This document shows, in pieces, positions 23,101-38,100 of a DNA stretch of 64,000 nucleotides. Source of the DNA: Mobula hypostoma. Taxonomy: Eukaryota. The position numbers were made by a program, and so were the translations under genes. The DNA is taken from assembly GCF_963921235.1 (NCBI RefSeq), contig NC_086108.1, positions 46,874,001-46,938,000 of the forward strand. Reading direction: 5' to 3'. The stretch's first letter is position 1, and each line of letters opens with the position of its first letter. The notes beneath the pieces are model-generated. The model had not been told where the DNA came from and did no database searches. It worked only from the letters and a program-made list of their open reading frames with translations.

Positions 23101-26100
23101 TCCTCAGGGATCGCTCCCTATGGAACTCCCCTATCCATTCGCCCCCCCCCCATCCCTCCCCACCGATCTCCCTCCTGGCACTTATCCTTCTAAGCGGAAC
23201 AAGTGCTACACGTGCCTCCCTCACCACCATTCAGGGCCCCAGACAGTCCTTCCAGGTGAGGTGACACTTCAGCTGTGAGTCAGGTGGGGTGATATACTGC
23301 GTCTGGTGCTCCCGGTGTAGCCTTCTATATATTGGCGAGACCCGACGCAGGCTGGGAGACGGTTTCGTTGAACACCTACGCTCTGTCCGCCAGAGAAAGC
23401 AGGATCTCCCAGTGGCCATACATTTTAATTCCACGTCCCATTCCCATTCTGATATGTCTATCCACAGCCTCCTCTACTGTAAAGATGAAGCCACACTCAG
23501 GTTGGAGGAACAACACCTTATATTCCGTCTGGGTAGCCTCCAACCTGATGGCATGAACACTGACTTCTCTAACTTCCGTTAATGCCCCACCTCCCCTTCG
23601 TACCCCATCCCTTATTAATTATTTTTTTTTTTCCCTCTCTCTGTCCCTCTTGAGACTTCCGGTAGCGCTCATGGAGTGAAGTCGCGTTCTTGACTCGCTC
23701 CATTACCTCTGAGTTTTTTTTCTCTATGGTCAGCTATACTTTAATTAACCATTAAGGCATCAATTCTTATAATACTTTGAATTAAACTGAATTCTCCGAC
23801 AACTGGATGATACTTAGATCTGCTATGTCTAAGAACGGGAAAAACGGCAAGGATGGTAAACCTCCGGTTAAACCGAAAGCTACGGATCTCCCCCCGACTG
23901 AATCACCGGTGACTTTGAAAGCTATATCGGAGTTAATTCAGAGGGAAATTTCAACCTCTGTTAGGGAGATGATTCGTACGGAAATTGCAGGCCCTGTTAA
24001 AGACCTGATTCATACGGAAATCTCAACTAATCTCCAGAAAATTGCCGATTCAATTGATAAGATGCAAACATTTATTGCGGAACATCAGTCGGCTATATCT
24101 GATCTTCAAAAATTCGCGCAACAAAGTGAGCTTAAGATGGGGAAAATCGAAGAAACAATTAATGTAATGAAGAAGAAACTTGACTTTTTGACTTTTAAAA
24201 ATTCTGACTTGGAATCTAGAATGCGACGGCAGAATTTACGAATGATCGGGGTGAGGGAAGCTGTGGAATCTAACAACCCCATGAAGTATTTTTCTCAACT
24301 TTTAAAAGATGCATTCCCTACTGTATTTCCTGACCAACCACCGCTTCTGGATCGTGTTCACAGAATCCCATCATACTCGTCTAGGTCAGATAGACCTAGG
24401 CATGTTATCTTACGTTTTCATTACTTTCAAGACAAGGAGAGACTGTTTCGATTCGCTCGATCTAAAGGTTTCATTGATTTTTCGGATCTTAAGTTCCGAT
24501 TCGTGGAAGATTTCAGTAAACCAATCTGGGACCAACGGGTTCGTTACAGATCCGTGATGTCGGAATTCTATAAGATGGATTTAAGACCAGCGCTGCTGTA
24601 CCCTGCACGTCTAAGGATTCGCATGTCAGATGGAGCCCTTCGTTTTTTTTGATTCTCCATCGGATGCCCAGAGTTATCTGGATCAACTTTCATCTTCAAC
24701 ATCTTAATTGCTTTTTTTAAATTATCTCTCTGTCCCTCTTACTCATCCTCTGGGCTCCCCGCCCCCTTTCATTCTCCCACGATCCTCTCCCTTCTCCAGC
24801 CTCGTATCCCTTTTGCCAATCAATTTTCCAGCTCTTAGCTCCATCCCTCCCACTTCTGTCTTCTTCTATCATTTCCGATCTCCCCCTCCCACTTTCAAAT
24901 CTCTTGCTACCACTTCTTTAGTCAGTCCTGACGGAGGGTTTCAGCCCGTAACGTCGACTGTACCTCTTCCTATAGATGCTGCCTGGCCTGCTGCGTTCAC
25001 CAGCATTTTTTTTGTGTGTGTTGCTTGAACTTCCAGCATCTGCAGATTTCCTCATGTTTGCACTTTATTCAATACTTTGATTTGCCCAAGGCATAATTTA
25101 TGATTCTTTACATTTGGTTCAAAGTAGTACTTAAGTAAAGCCCACTCTCACTGTTTACTAGTTACTTCTGCCATTGCTTTGTTCCCCACAATATTACTGA
25201 TATCCAAAAATATTAAGGGGAATGAATGCAAATGGATGTGGGTGCATGAGCCAGAAGCCACCATTTCACTTTGAACTGCATACAACAGCATTTCCCCCAT
25301 CTCAACCAATTTGCAGGAAGCATACAAACTGCAGTCAGCAAATTTCAGCCAGTATTTTAGAAAACACTTGCCCTATACTTATGGAGCCTACTTTTTTTGA
25401 TGATGTGTAAGCTTTGTAGCAAAAAAAAAAGGCTAAAATGAAAGTACAGGAACTGAGAGATTTATACATGTGATTGCAAGCACTTCTGATGAAATGTATA
25501 TACTGTTATCAACCCAAAGACATCAGATAGGATTAAAGTAACCACAGAACATTATGTGCATCCAAGAATTTAAAACGACCAAAGGTTACCTTATAAAACA
25601 TCCTGTCAGCAAACTGCAGCATTTCAGCAAAGGCATTGAGCCAACAGTGGAGAAATGCAAAGAAAGCCAGGAACAGCACGAGCACACCTGAAAAACAAAG
25701 CCGTACACAACCTGTGATATTTGCCACAACTGGCGGGGTCTCAGTACATTTGCAAAATCCTTGACTTTAATCCCCAACCACAATTCACTCAACATTACAA
25801 GGGACATTTTAAATAATCTAAACCAGATACTGCTTTCACTTGCAATAAGTGAGTGAGATAAGCAGCTTCCTGCTTCAATTAAGAGGTTGAGTTAGCAGCA
25901 CAGTTGACACTGGTCATCTTGAAGATTGGACCAAATATGTGACTGCTTCAGCTTCTTGATCCCTTTTGTTTTGGATTAAGTATTATGGGCGCAGTATTAT
26001 TCACAATAAGCACCGATTACAATTGATATTTACAGGTGGTACTTTCAGGATGTGTGCAAGAACGATCCCTACCTGGTAAAATGGAGTTGAAAATGCAAAG

Positions 26101-29100
26101 AACCAGGACTTTCAAGCTGAATGGCTCTTGGCTAATGTTTCGGAACAATGGAATGCAAAGTCGCACAAAAATATAGTAAGCATAAAATAGGCAGCCCAAC
26201 ACCTGGAAAGAAATTTGAAAAGTTATAAAAATCAGCTGATGCTATTAAAAGAAATCCTTCTTTTATGCTATTTAACCAATGACAGCACTGCCACCTGCTA
26301 AGCAAGCCCAATACTACATTTATTGAAACTAAATGTGAAAGAAATATTGTGCCAAAGGCAGAAGTGACATTTGTAGATGTGTTGGACAATAAATACTTAT
26401 GTTACCCAATTCTGGACAAAGTATTAATGAGTGAAATGCCATCTAGTTAGAATACAATGATTGAGTAATACAGTATTAAATGCAAAAACTCAGCATTATA
26501 AAAACAAAACAACATGCCCAGCTACCTTTTGCTGGATGGTCAATGGTCACAACATTATGTTGGAAACACCACCCGCCTCCCAATCTTTATTTTTGTTAGA
26601 ATCTGGTTTTATATAAAACGCTTGTTCTCTGCTTCATTGCAAGTGAAAACAAAACTGCTTTCATCTGCTTAAATTAACAGTACAAAAAATGAAGCAGCAA
26701 TTTGCGCTAATTTACATAAGTGGCCAGAGATCTTAAGTACTCCACAAACAAATCCAAGGGCCCTCATTCTACTCCAGGACCTCAGTTAGCACTAAGGGCA
26801 TTCCTAGAAGCAAGAATGCTAATTGAATCGGCTCCCCAAAAAAAAAGGTTTAGACTTAAATATATGGAGATATATTATCAAAAGCATTATTTTTCTATCT
26901 TCATACAATAAATAAGGATGCATTGGGGATAAGAATAGGGTACTAGCAAAATATTTATTAAAAAGTAAAAAATACAAAGAAACTTAATACAAAGCATACT
27001 GACACTAAATTGCCAACTGCAATAGTACAAGCTAGAGAAAGTGAAAGAGGAGCAGCTGCTGAATGCGCCAGGCTATAGCTCACCCTAATGGGAAGATGGA
27101 CCAGGATGTAACTCATCCCTCCTTAAAAAGAAGATCCAAGGTTAACGTTTTGCTCGTCTTTATTTCATACAATATTTATACCAAGAGAGCATTGAGCAGC
27201 ACATTTTTCATCAACAGCTGCATTCCCAATCTTATTCTCTTAAAATAAGCTCATTACCTCATTGGTCCATGTCAAGACTTTATTAAGCTCAGGCACACCA
27301 CCTCCACAGGAAGGTAAGCAGGGAGGGAAAGGCCAAGGGGCACTCTGCTTGGCTTGGGGAACTGAACACAAAGTGCTTGACAATGTTATTTTCCCATACC
27401 CACTAAGCAAAAAAAAAAGTGACCCAGTAATGTAATGTGGCATTTGTTATCCAAGCCCCTATTTTGTTTTCCAAATTACAGGTTCATACTCGAAGGCAGA
27501 TCCCTTCACTCAGGTTTTCTCTGTTGATGAGTATAGGTTTCAGCATAATGTCTCCTGAAGTACTAACCACCAAAGCAGGTGCTTTAGACATTCCTGGCAG
27601 CCTGAAATCCAGTTGACACTTTTCTTCGTGACAGATAAATGCGCACAACAGAGCAACTTTCCCCAAATAATTTGTAAATGAAACTAGGAGGATATCTACA
27701 ACACACAATGGTTTTCAGCCAGTCTAGGTACTCCCAGGCTGCCTGTTGCTCAGTGCTTACAGCTTCATTATTGATAAGAACTTTGCCCAAGCCACAGAAA
27801 CACTGGAGTTTGTCAGAAATAACATGCCAAGTTTTACCTGTGCAAATTTTGTAGCAACATAGCTCCATCTAATTGTAGGATTCCTGTACCAAAGAAAATT
27901 CAATATTAGAAGGCAATAAATACAAAATATAAAGTTTTTGCTTCGATATTTCTATTCAATCTAAAGTGCAAATAGATTTTTTAAAAATTCTAGACTTTAT
28001 GAAATCAAGAAACTTATGAATGTAACATAGCAATATTGATATTGGTCTCAGCTACTTCATGCCAACTGCAACTGAAACTTTTGTACCGTGAGGTAAAACA
28101 GTACAGATCAGATTAAGCTAATGCTGGGCTTGAGATTACAAGTACAATATAACCCGCAATATTGACTGATAGTCTTGTACCAAAATCCTCTGAGCCATTG
28201 TTTTTGAATTTGGTATCCCAGTTACAACAAGTGATACACTTCCAGAGTTGCTTTTACCAAAACAGAGAAGGATAGCTTTGAATGAAACTGGAACTCATTC
28301 TCCCAAAGGCTGCACCTGCTGGATGAATTGAAGTTGCCATCAAACCTGTATCAAAAGTTTGCGGGTAAGAATAATCAAGGACTATCAATGGAATTGACCT
28401 ACAATTTATTCTATATCTTACTAAATGGGAGAACAGGTTTGAGCAAATGAATTGTGATAATCCAACATAAAGTAGAACAGTACTTCCGGAGATTGTATCC
28501 TATTTGTCTCCATTAGGTAAAGAACGTTAGCTGTCTTTACTGGAGCAGCTGTCAAAAACCAGTGCTTACCTGGGGTAGTTGTCCCGATAGATGAGAGTAG
28601 GAGCAAAAAGGAAGTAGAGGTAGTGGGAGAATTGCGGAACCTGCTGAATTCCACCTGAAATGAGGATTAGTATCTCAGATCATCTGAACAGAATTATGAT
28701 AGGATAGAATTAAATAAGCTGGTAGGAATTCTTGAGTCATCAGATTTCTCATGACATAATTAATGCATCTAGCATGTTAATATTTTGTACAATATTGACC
28801 ATCACTTCCTATAAGTGTGCAAGACATATTTAACATATTTTTCACAATTTGTCATTTTCAATCACTTGTTTCCTACAGCCGTTTCACACAAAGATTTGAA
28901 GTACAACAGGTCAGCATCATACAATGAAGTACTTAGACAATCTTAAACAGTGATGTATTGATTAAACAGACCAAGAATTAGATCTTCTAAAGCTTGTAGC
29001 TGCACTAGCATAATCAATAATGTCTTATAGGTTGGACCTGATGCACAATGAGCAACTAACCTTATAGTTTGAGGGAGGTAGGATCAAAAAGTCAAAGACA

Positions 29101-32100
29101 AACCCAGTGGGAACTAAATTTGTGGGAGCATTAAGACAAGATTGGTTATCAGCTATTTACATCCTATCATAGAGCAGTCAGTTAATTAACACAAGTCTCA
29201 GCAGAAAACATTAAAGGACATTTTTAAATATGAAAAAAATCACTTCCCTGACTTCAAATAACTGTTGTTTGTGCAATTCCAAGTTATTAGCCCAAGCCAG
29301 CAGATATCAAAACACGACACATTCATACTCACCATTTCTCTCTCTGCTCACTGCCACTCTACTATAGTTCTCCCGTACAAAGGAATGTGCTTTCATCATC
29401 AGGCGGACCTAAAGCAATCAAAACCAAAGGTCAAACCCCAAGAGTTTCACTTAGATCATGTAACAGTACTGCGAGAGATCTCAAACATTTTGTATTTGTC
29501 TTCCCAAATACGTGTACTCTGATGTCAACCTCCATTTACGAGGAGTAAATTTAATTCATGACCAAGACGACAGGTGTAGTTCATTTCCCCATCTAAATGG
29601 GGGCGAGGACGATGAAGGCATGATGCAGGAGTGTGTGGTTAAGTTACTGGAGCATCAGGTGGATCAGCAAAAAGAGTTATCCAATAACATGGGCTCAAAT
29701 TAAGACAGGGAATTTAAATTCAAGGAATTAAATGATGACAGTATGAAGATAAAAAGACTTAATTCATATATTGCTCAGGGAAGAATATATGCCAGCCTTG
29801 CCTGGTCTAACCTACTGAACAGCCAACTGCTGATTTAGTCTTTTCCTAAATCCAAGATCGGCCAGTAAGTATTCATTTTACCAAACAAAAAGGACGCAGA
29901 ATGTGTGAAGTTGACTGACACCATCATGTGGTATGCAAAGGACAAAAGCAAGAATCTGAAATGACTGACATGCAATCCCTTTCAACCATCCACACAACCT
30001 TCACATAGGAGATTCCCTGCATACAGGACAATGACTGCTAAGCGAACAATACCATCCAAATATACTACCCTGTGGCATGACTGTCCCTGTATCTTTGTGA
30101 AGGTGGAGAGGCAGCAGCGAATGTAAGAATGCCACAATCACTGCAAATCAACAATATAAATGGTGCCAAGAGTTTCTGGAAATGCAAGCATTTGAGAACA
30201 TTTGCAGCAAGTAAACAGTTGTTAGTACAATGAACTGCTCCAGGGGAGGCAGAAATTCAGGGGTCACAGAACAGAAAAAATGTTTTATGTCTAAATTTTG
30301 TTGCATTCCAGTCATCAAAAAGCTTCATTAAAAAAAAAGCCTTAGAACTACACACTCTTTTAGCTAGTGTACTGATCCTTGTACTTGCTGCGGAATACTG
30401 TACAATACTAAGTGCCAGTGAATTACAATTGCAACTTGTTATTTATGTTAAAATAGAGGATACTTGCTTTGCTGCAAAATAAGTACTTGCAGTCTGCCAT
30501 GGACAGATGAAAAGGGTCTATTCTACAGCATTCTATTCAATGTTCAAGTGTTAATTTATACATATGTGCAAACTTCAGTAACTAATCAAAATGCAGACCT
30601 ACATAGACATGAAACAACCACGGACCATTTCTGTACAGAGCTCCAAGTTCAATCACATGCCTCCATCTACCCTTTCTCAATGAATATATCAGCATAAGCC
30701 TTCTAGTCTTTAATTTTTCATTTTGATCAAACTATCCCGTAAAATGTATCCCAAGTTCCCATTCATGTTCACTGCTATCTGACTGTACAAATATACAACC
30801 AAACAAAACAACATTCCTCTGGACCACGGTGCACCCACACAACATACAGTGCACAGCACATGAAAAATATTACCATAATTAAAGTGAAATAAATAATTCA
30901 AAACACATGTAGTATGCAGCATGGGCAAACAGTCAAGACCTCAGTGGTGGCAGGGTCATCATCAGTCAGTCAGACTGAGAGAAGAAGCTGTTACAGAGTC
31001 TGGCAGACCTAGTCCTGATGCCCCCGTACCTCCCCTCCTGCCAGTGGTTGGTCAAATTATTGTGGGATGAGTGGTAGGAATCCTCAACAATGTTTTAGGC
31101 CCCTCATCTGCAACACTCCAGGTAAATATCACCTGGGGCAGGGGGAGAGAAGAGGGAGACCCTGATAATCCTCTAGGTGGTTTTTACTGTTTTCTTGCAG
31201 TCTCATTCTTGCAGCATCCGTACCACACAATGACGTGGCCAGACAATACACTTTTGATGATGTTCCTGTAGAAGTTGTTAAGAATGGGGCGGGGGGGGGG
31301 TGCAGAAGTAGCCTCAGTCTTCTCAGGAAGTGTAGACACTGCTGTGCCTTCTTAACTAGTGGGGAGGTGCTTTAAGTCCAAGTTAGATCATCTATTATGT
31401 GCACACCAAGGAACCCTGTGCTCTTCACCCTCTCCATGATGTACAATGATGTACAATGGAGAGTGGTCAACCTGTGCCTTCCCGAAGTCCACAGTCATTT
31501 CTTTTGTCTTATCCACGTTATGACTCAGGTTGTTACTCTTGCACCATTAAACAAGCCTCTCTACCTCCTTTCTGTATGCCGACTCATCATCGTTGCTGAT
31601 GAGGCCAACCAGTGTAGTACCATCAGTGAAATTGATACACGATTTGAGCTAAATCTGGCAGTGCAACTGAGAGTCAGTAGCAGGCTGAGCAGGCAGCCCA
31701 GGAGGCACTCCTTTGCAGGAGTGCTCAGCATGTTTGAGCTTGAGGTGTTGCAGGCAACTTAGACTGATTGGGGGCTTTCCACCAGGACTACCAAGATCCA
31801 GTTAGAGAGAGGAGTGTCAAGTCCCAACAAGGATGGTTTACCCACCAGCCTGAGGAATGACTTTTAAATGTTGAGCTAGTCAATGAACAACACAGTGATA
31901 TATGAGGCATTGCTTTCTAGGACAGAGTAAAGGGACAAAGCTATGGCATCAGCAGCTGATTGGTATGAGCCATAGCTGAAACTGTAAAGTGTTCAGTGTA
32001 GCTGGAAGGTGGAATTTTATAATGATCCATTACCAACTGCTCAAAGCACTTAATGATTGTTGAAATCAGTGCCACTGGCCAGTAACAGTTTAGACCATTG

Positions 32101-35100
32101 CTCTCTTGGAACAGTGGCGGTCTTGACGCCTGCAGAGACAGTGGACTGCTTCAGAGAGATATTAAAGGTGTATCATTCCCTTCAGTCACATCTTGCAGTA
32201 TCAAATTCCTCATTATGCAATATGACAAATGCAGTTTCTTCTGAAGTTCTCCATCTGATGTCTGCCCACCATCTTACTGGGTGCCTCTAGTGTTGCACTT
32301 CCCTGCAATTGAAATCGCTCACTAACATGTACACCAAAAATTTTTTTTCCCCTTTTTATATAAAGGGATCTCCATAATGTTGAGGTTTTATGTCTTTTAC
32401 AGAAAGGTGCCATGATCTTTGTAATATTTTCCTCTTCTCCAGATTCATTCACCTTTATGGGATGTCCACCAGAATTGCATGCCGTCACAATTCAACAAAT
32501 AATCACTTCTGAAAACCATCCCTCCAGTAATTCACCTTCAAATTAGGTTTCTTCTTGCATTGAAAGTAGCATCTTAAAACTATTTATGATGATCTATGTA
32601 CTTTTTGAAATGGACACTCCAGAGGCAGTTACAGCAGTAAGGAATTAAGTTACAACTCCAATCCAAAACTGAGAAATGTTGTCAAGTTTTCATTCCCAAG
32701 CAAGTTGAATTCAAATTCAATCCAAAATTGTGCTGCGTTACTACTTAGCTGGGAATGATGATGAAAAGTAACTTCTTTTGATTCAGAATTTGGACCTTCT
32801 CATTTCAAGATTTTTCCTGCTGTTAGCTTCCAATCAAACATAAAATGCTGCATACAGTGTAAATTACATTATTACAAATATGGCTATTCAACAGTTCACC
32901 AATGAGGACAAGTGAACTTGTGAGTTTCAAATGACAAGTATCACTGACACTGTGTGGTGTACTTAATATGAAATGAAATGAAGCATGTCTACAATAACTC
33001 TCAAATAAGTGTACATGAAATAGCTATCCATACACCAAAAGTCACAATCTCTCTAGATAACCACCAAAAGTAATTCACCATCTCCCAATAAAAGATTTGT
33101 TTTAAGATTAATTCATATATTTTGCAACATCAAAGTTTATCTTCCTCCAGTATGACTCCCCAACAACAACTCTTGTATTGGTACCAAAGCTACTGGATCA
33201 AAAAGCTCACTGACCAAATGACCATGATTTTAGAAATGGTACAGGTTCAAGGAGACATCTCCCTTCATTTGACATGAAAAAAAATCTGTGGTAATAAAGC
33301 ATCATTTAAGACTTCAAAAATTACCCACCTGTTCCAAGATAACGATGAAGCGGGAAGCAGGAGGTAGCTGAAAATGGATGACAGTATAGACTGGGGCAGC
33401 CCACAGTCCCAGTGTCTGAAATGACAAGAACAAGACACCATAGAACATTGTCCGCAGAACCTTGTGTTTTGCTGCCTGGTATCCTGATGCCCACAACAGA
33501 AATAAACCATATGGAATGAGAAGTGTAGACAGGAACATACAAATCCAAGTGGAAATGACAATTGGGAATCTCCCAAAGGCATAAACCAATAGATCGAAGT
33601 CAAGGACCAGCCTGCACAAAAAAAAAGAATAGTACATCAAAATCCATATACAATCAGGTTTAGAAAGCTTCCTAATAAAGTTGTTCATGCAGCTTACCAC
33701 TACCTTCAAAGTCAACTAGAGTTAGCTTTATTCATTGCCATTGATGTTGCCTGACCTGCTGAGTTCCTTGAGCATCTGATGAGTGTTGCTTGGCATTAGC
33801 TTTGCTAGTTGTAACTATACCTCAAGAATGAAAAACTACAGAAGTTGACTCAACTGTGAGCTGTTGTAGCATTCCTATATTACTATTAGGGGCTATATCC
33901 AATGCTGATTACACTCAACAGGAACCTCAGTAAGCCTTTAACAGGCACAACATTTTCTGTCTCCTCAAACTGAAAGAGTTCATTTCAATTTGATAAAACA
34001 ACAGCTGCGTGTACAGTTGAAAGTCAGGCAGAAAAAAAAATGCATGCTTGAAGTCACACTTTATTTAAAGTGTTATTTTCTCAATCCAATCTCCTATTTT
34101 TAAATCAAGGCTTCTAATCCAGTCGTCAAAACATAGCTTTGCTCTAAACCTTTAGAATATTCCACATTATTGGACTTAAGTGTCCTTCAGCATTTTAATT
34201 TCAGTAGACACTTAGAAAAAAAGCAAACATTATTAAAATACAGACTTGTCTTTTTGGCACTTTTTCTCCCAAATTCTTACCTTCCTTCATCGATGAAGTC
34301 CATCACCAGGGTACTGACTATAAACAGAATCAGTAAAGCGATGAACATATGATAAATGGTTCGGATGTGATTCACTTGGAAGAGTTCACTAAGGAAAAGA
34401 GAAATAGGGCTTAATATGGAGGTGTATTATAAACACAATTGCGCAGTGAGCTCAAAAATATGTCCAGATCCACATTGCCATAATTTTATAATACAACTTT
34501 ATCAAAAAAAAGTCATAGCTGCTTTTATCAGTTTTCCTAATCTTGACAGCTGAAATTGCATCTCATTCTAAAACAATACTTACTCAAGCAGAGATCGACG
34601 AGACATGAAGTGCTTTCCCTTTTCTGGGGGTGCCCTTGTCTGTCTGTGAACAGATACATTTACTGTAATTAGAGCCCAGTGGCACAACATAGTTATCCGG
34701 CGAATATGAACAATGTCTAAAAAGTAGAGAAAAATAAAAACTAATGCAATGAGTGGACGAGCAGTAAACAAAATAGAATTCACACTTTATTTCATCACAA
34801 GTAACTTTACTATTCTTCACCACCTTCTCTCAAGGCTCCAGAAATAAGACAAACAAGAGAAAATCTGCAGGTGCTGGAAATCTAAGTAAAACACAAAATG
34901 CTGGAGGAGCTCAGCAGGCCAGGCAGCATCTATGGAAAGAAGAACAGTCGACATTTTGGGCTGGGCCTGTTGAGTTCCTCCGGCATTTTGTGTGGGCTGT
35001 CCAGAAATACATATTGAGGTTACAGGTTGTTTTCTGAAATCAGCACCCAGGAGGTACAAAGGACTAAGACAATTCTGGAATAGGAAGCTCAGTGTTAGCA

Positions 35101-38100
35101 CAGATCAAGATACATTTTATCACTTCTTACCTGTTAGCCATAACTGCATGATCTTTAGTCATAGATGCAGACAAGAAAGGAGTAACAGAGGGGTCCAAGG
35201 TAGTAGATTCAATCAAATCGTCCACAAAATGGTTAAAATGAGAATCAAACTGTTTCAATAAATCAGTCTTCATTTGCTATAGCAAACAACAAATAAAGTT
35301 AATGACAGAAAAGGCTCTCAAATTTGTTGAAACACTGCCTTTTGAACACAATTTGCAGTTAGGTGGATTTAGTGAACCTACTGCTATCGAAAAAATGGAG
35401 ACAATGGGATAATTCACCTATCACACCCACCGATGAAGAACACTGCTATAATAAGAGATAGGTTTTAAAGCACAGTTCTAAACCTACCCTTCGCTTGCAC
35501 ATTTGACTGGAGATATCACTCTGGAGAAAATATTTCTGTAGTCGGCCACAAGTTCTATTTGCTGTGGTTCACAGACTGTCTGCAATAGTGTCCTAGTAAA
35601 TACACCGGTTAAATTTATTCTTGCCAGCCCTGTCTTAAATTTTTCTGAGGTTAATAGAGTGATCATTGCAAAATAACATCTGGAATAAATATGCAGCATG
35701 AAAACCACTATGCCACTATCCCTACAAAGGGCAAGTTTGGTAATGTGATGGGGATTCAGGGGTTAGATTTTAAAAGCTCCATTCTTCTTTCCTTTTAACA
35801 ATTCATAACAAAATATCAACTAGTTTCCAATGAATTGACAATGACAGTCAACACTACCAAAGTCAGAATCAAAAGATTAGAGATTATAGCCAATTCTCAA
35901 GACTTAAACTCAAACCCTCAATGATACCCTCAGTACAGTTTTAAGAGCTCAATGAGTGAAGACAGTCCTTCAGTTGAGCTGCTGTGTATGCCCTCTTGGA
36001 TGGCTGCAATATTACGAAAAGGCAAATATGTCAGATTCTGCATTGCTAACATGGTTTTTCCATGAATCTAGCCGACATAAAGAAATGAGAAGTTTTACAC
36101 ATGAAAGTTATAGAAAAAGGCATAAAAGATAAGTGGATTCACTTATTCCCAGGGTTAGAGGATTAGAGGATTTGATGATTTGAGGAATTTAAAACCAATA
36201 TTGGCAAGGATGTTCACAGGAGTCTAGGAGTTGAAATCAAAGAAAAATTAATACCCAGTTAATTTAGATAACTGGAAAATTGGAGCTCAATGTGATAAAA
36301 AGCATAGAGTTCAGAACAGAAATGCATACAAAGGAAATCATTTCAGAGCATCATGTGATGACATCAATACTCGTGTCTCTACATTGAACCACAAAGCTTG
36401 AGGTAAGAGCTGTTTCTATTCAATGAAGCAAAATGGTCAACAGCTGTGGTTTGTATCACTCCCCTGGCCATTTTTAAATTAAGGTTTGAGGAAGCTAAGG
36501 GAGCTATATAACCCTACAGTTTTTAGACTAAAGGAGGGGCATATGTTAGAAATACTTGATACAAAATCACTGACCTAAAATATCAAGTACATCAAAGTTA
36601 TCCAACACAAGTACTTCGAGCATTTCTACGTTACATTTAATATAGTTCTCAAACAACCCAAAGTGGAGAATTAATGGAACAAAACAAGGCCTTGCCTAGA
36701 AGAGCTTTCTTCATTTAATGTTCTTATCCTCTCTCCATTTATTTCTGCTTCAGGCTGTAAACCTAATTTGCAAGAGGGAACTGGCACAGTAAAATCGAAA
36801 TTATCTGCGTACTTCCTCTTCAACTGTAGCATGTGATTGCAACATTAGGTCACATGAATAAAAAACTGACCTATCAAAGTTGCTCCAGTTCAGATTTGGT
36901 GCTAATGGTGTGGAGCTTTGATGGAATTGAAAAAGTAATTATAACAGGGCTAAATTTCACTCAAGGACTCAAGTTGTCTGAAGTCTTTAAGAATGATTAG
37001 TGTTTAGGAGCTATAAAAACATTGTAAGTCAATCTCTTGCCAAAGTATCCTGATTAACCCTCTTGTTACTTGATCAAAGAATTCAATAGATTATCAAATA
37101 TGGACAATCCAAGAGTTATTCTTCATCCAGCAACTGAGAATTAAATTTGGTCCTTGAAAATAGTCTCCAGTGATTTTTCACACCATTAATTTGTCAAGTT
37201 AGCAAGTTTATTCCTGCACTAACTTTTGAACAGCACTTTATGTCATTTTGTAATTCTCCACTTATCTGGCCTATTCCCAAATCCCTGGAGTTCAAAGACT
37301 TTCTAACTAATCCTAAATTCCACCAGCAACACAGCAACTAATCCAACAGAACAAAGGAACATAAAAGGTTACAGAGGCTGCACAACAGAAGAGCAACTTC
37401 TTAATGTTGAATGACAACATATTCAGCACCTTTTTCCTTTCATATACCTCTAGCTCCCACTCTATAACATGAACTTTATCCTCTTGTGAATGGCCAACTG
37501 ACCTCTATAGTCGAAGCTTTCAGTTGACTATGCAGAAAAATTTTAAAAGCATCCTAAGACAATCAGTGGAATAAACAAATACTTTGAAATCTGATTTTAA
37601 TCATTCTAAATATGCAAAATTTACAAAGACCTGTACTGCTCATTCCACATAAAACTAAACAAGATTTGGAGCCAATGCTTGTTAAGAATTCTCTCCACTT
37701 CTGACAACCCTTTCGTCATGGATGTAATAATGACCAAAGCACTTAGCAACACTATCCTTAATGAAAGAATTAGGGGAAAATAAGTAAGAAGGTAAGGGAA
37801 AAGGATACAAAAATCAAATTCCAAGACTTAAGTTCATTTGCAATTAGTCATCCATGATGACTAGCAACTTTGTAGAGTCCTCAACTTTGACTCAAATCAA
37901 TGACCCACAGATTCAAGACTGCTTTTGTCACTTTTCAAAAATTACTGCTGTGTGCTCTTCCATAGTAGAAACATCTAGTTACCACTTCTATTTATACATC
38001 TTCCAGATTTCCTTCAAATCAATTTTCAACATGTACTTGTGTTTGATACAGAGGAGATAACTGTCCTCCACATTAAACACACAGTACATGTTCACAAAGA

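Noticed and set aside
22460..23278. 272-aa plus-strand ORF
   Set aside because: Composite of the antisense SOAT1 exon and frameshifted Penelope sequence; not a gene
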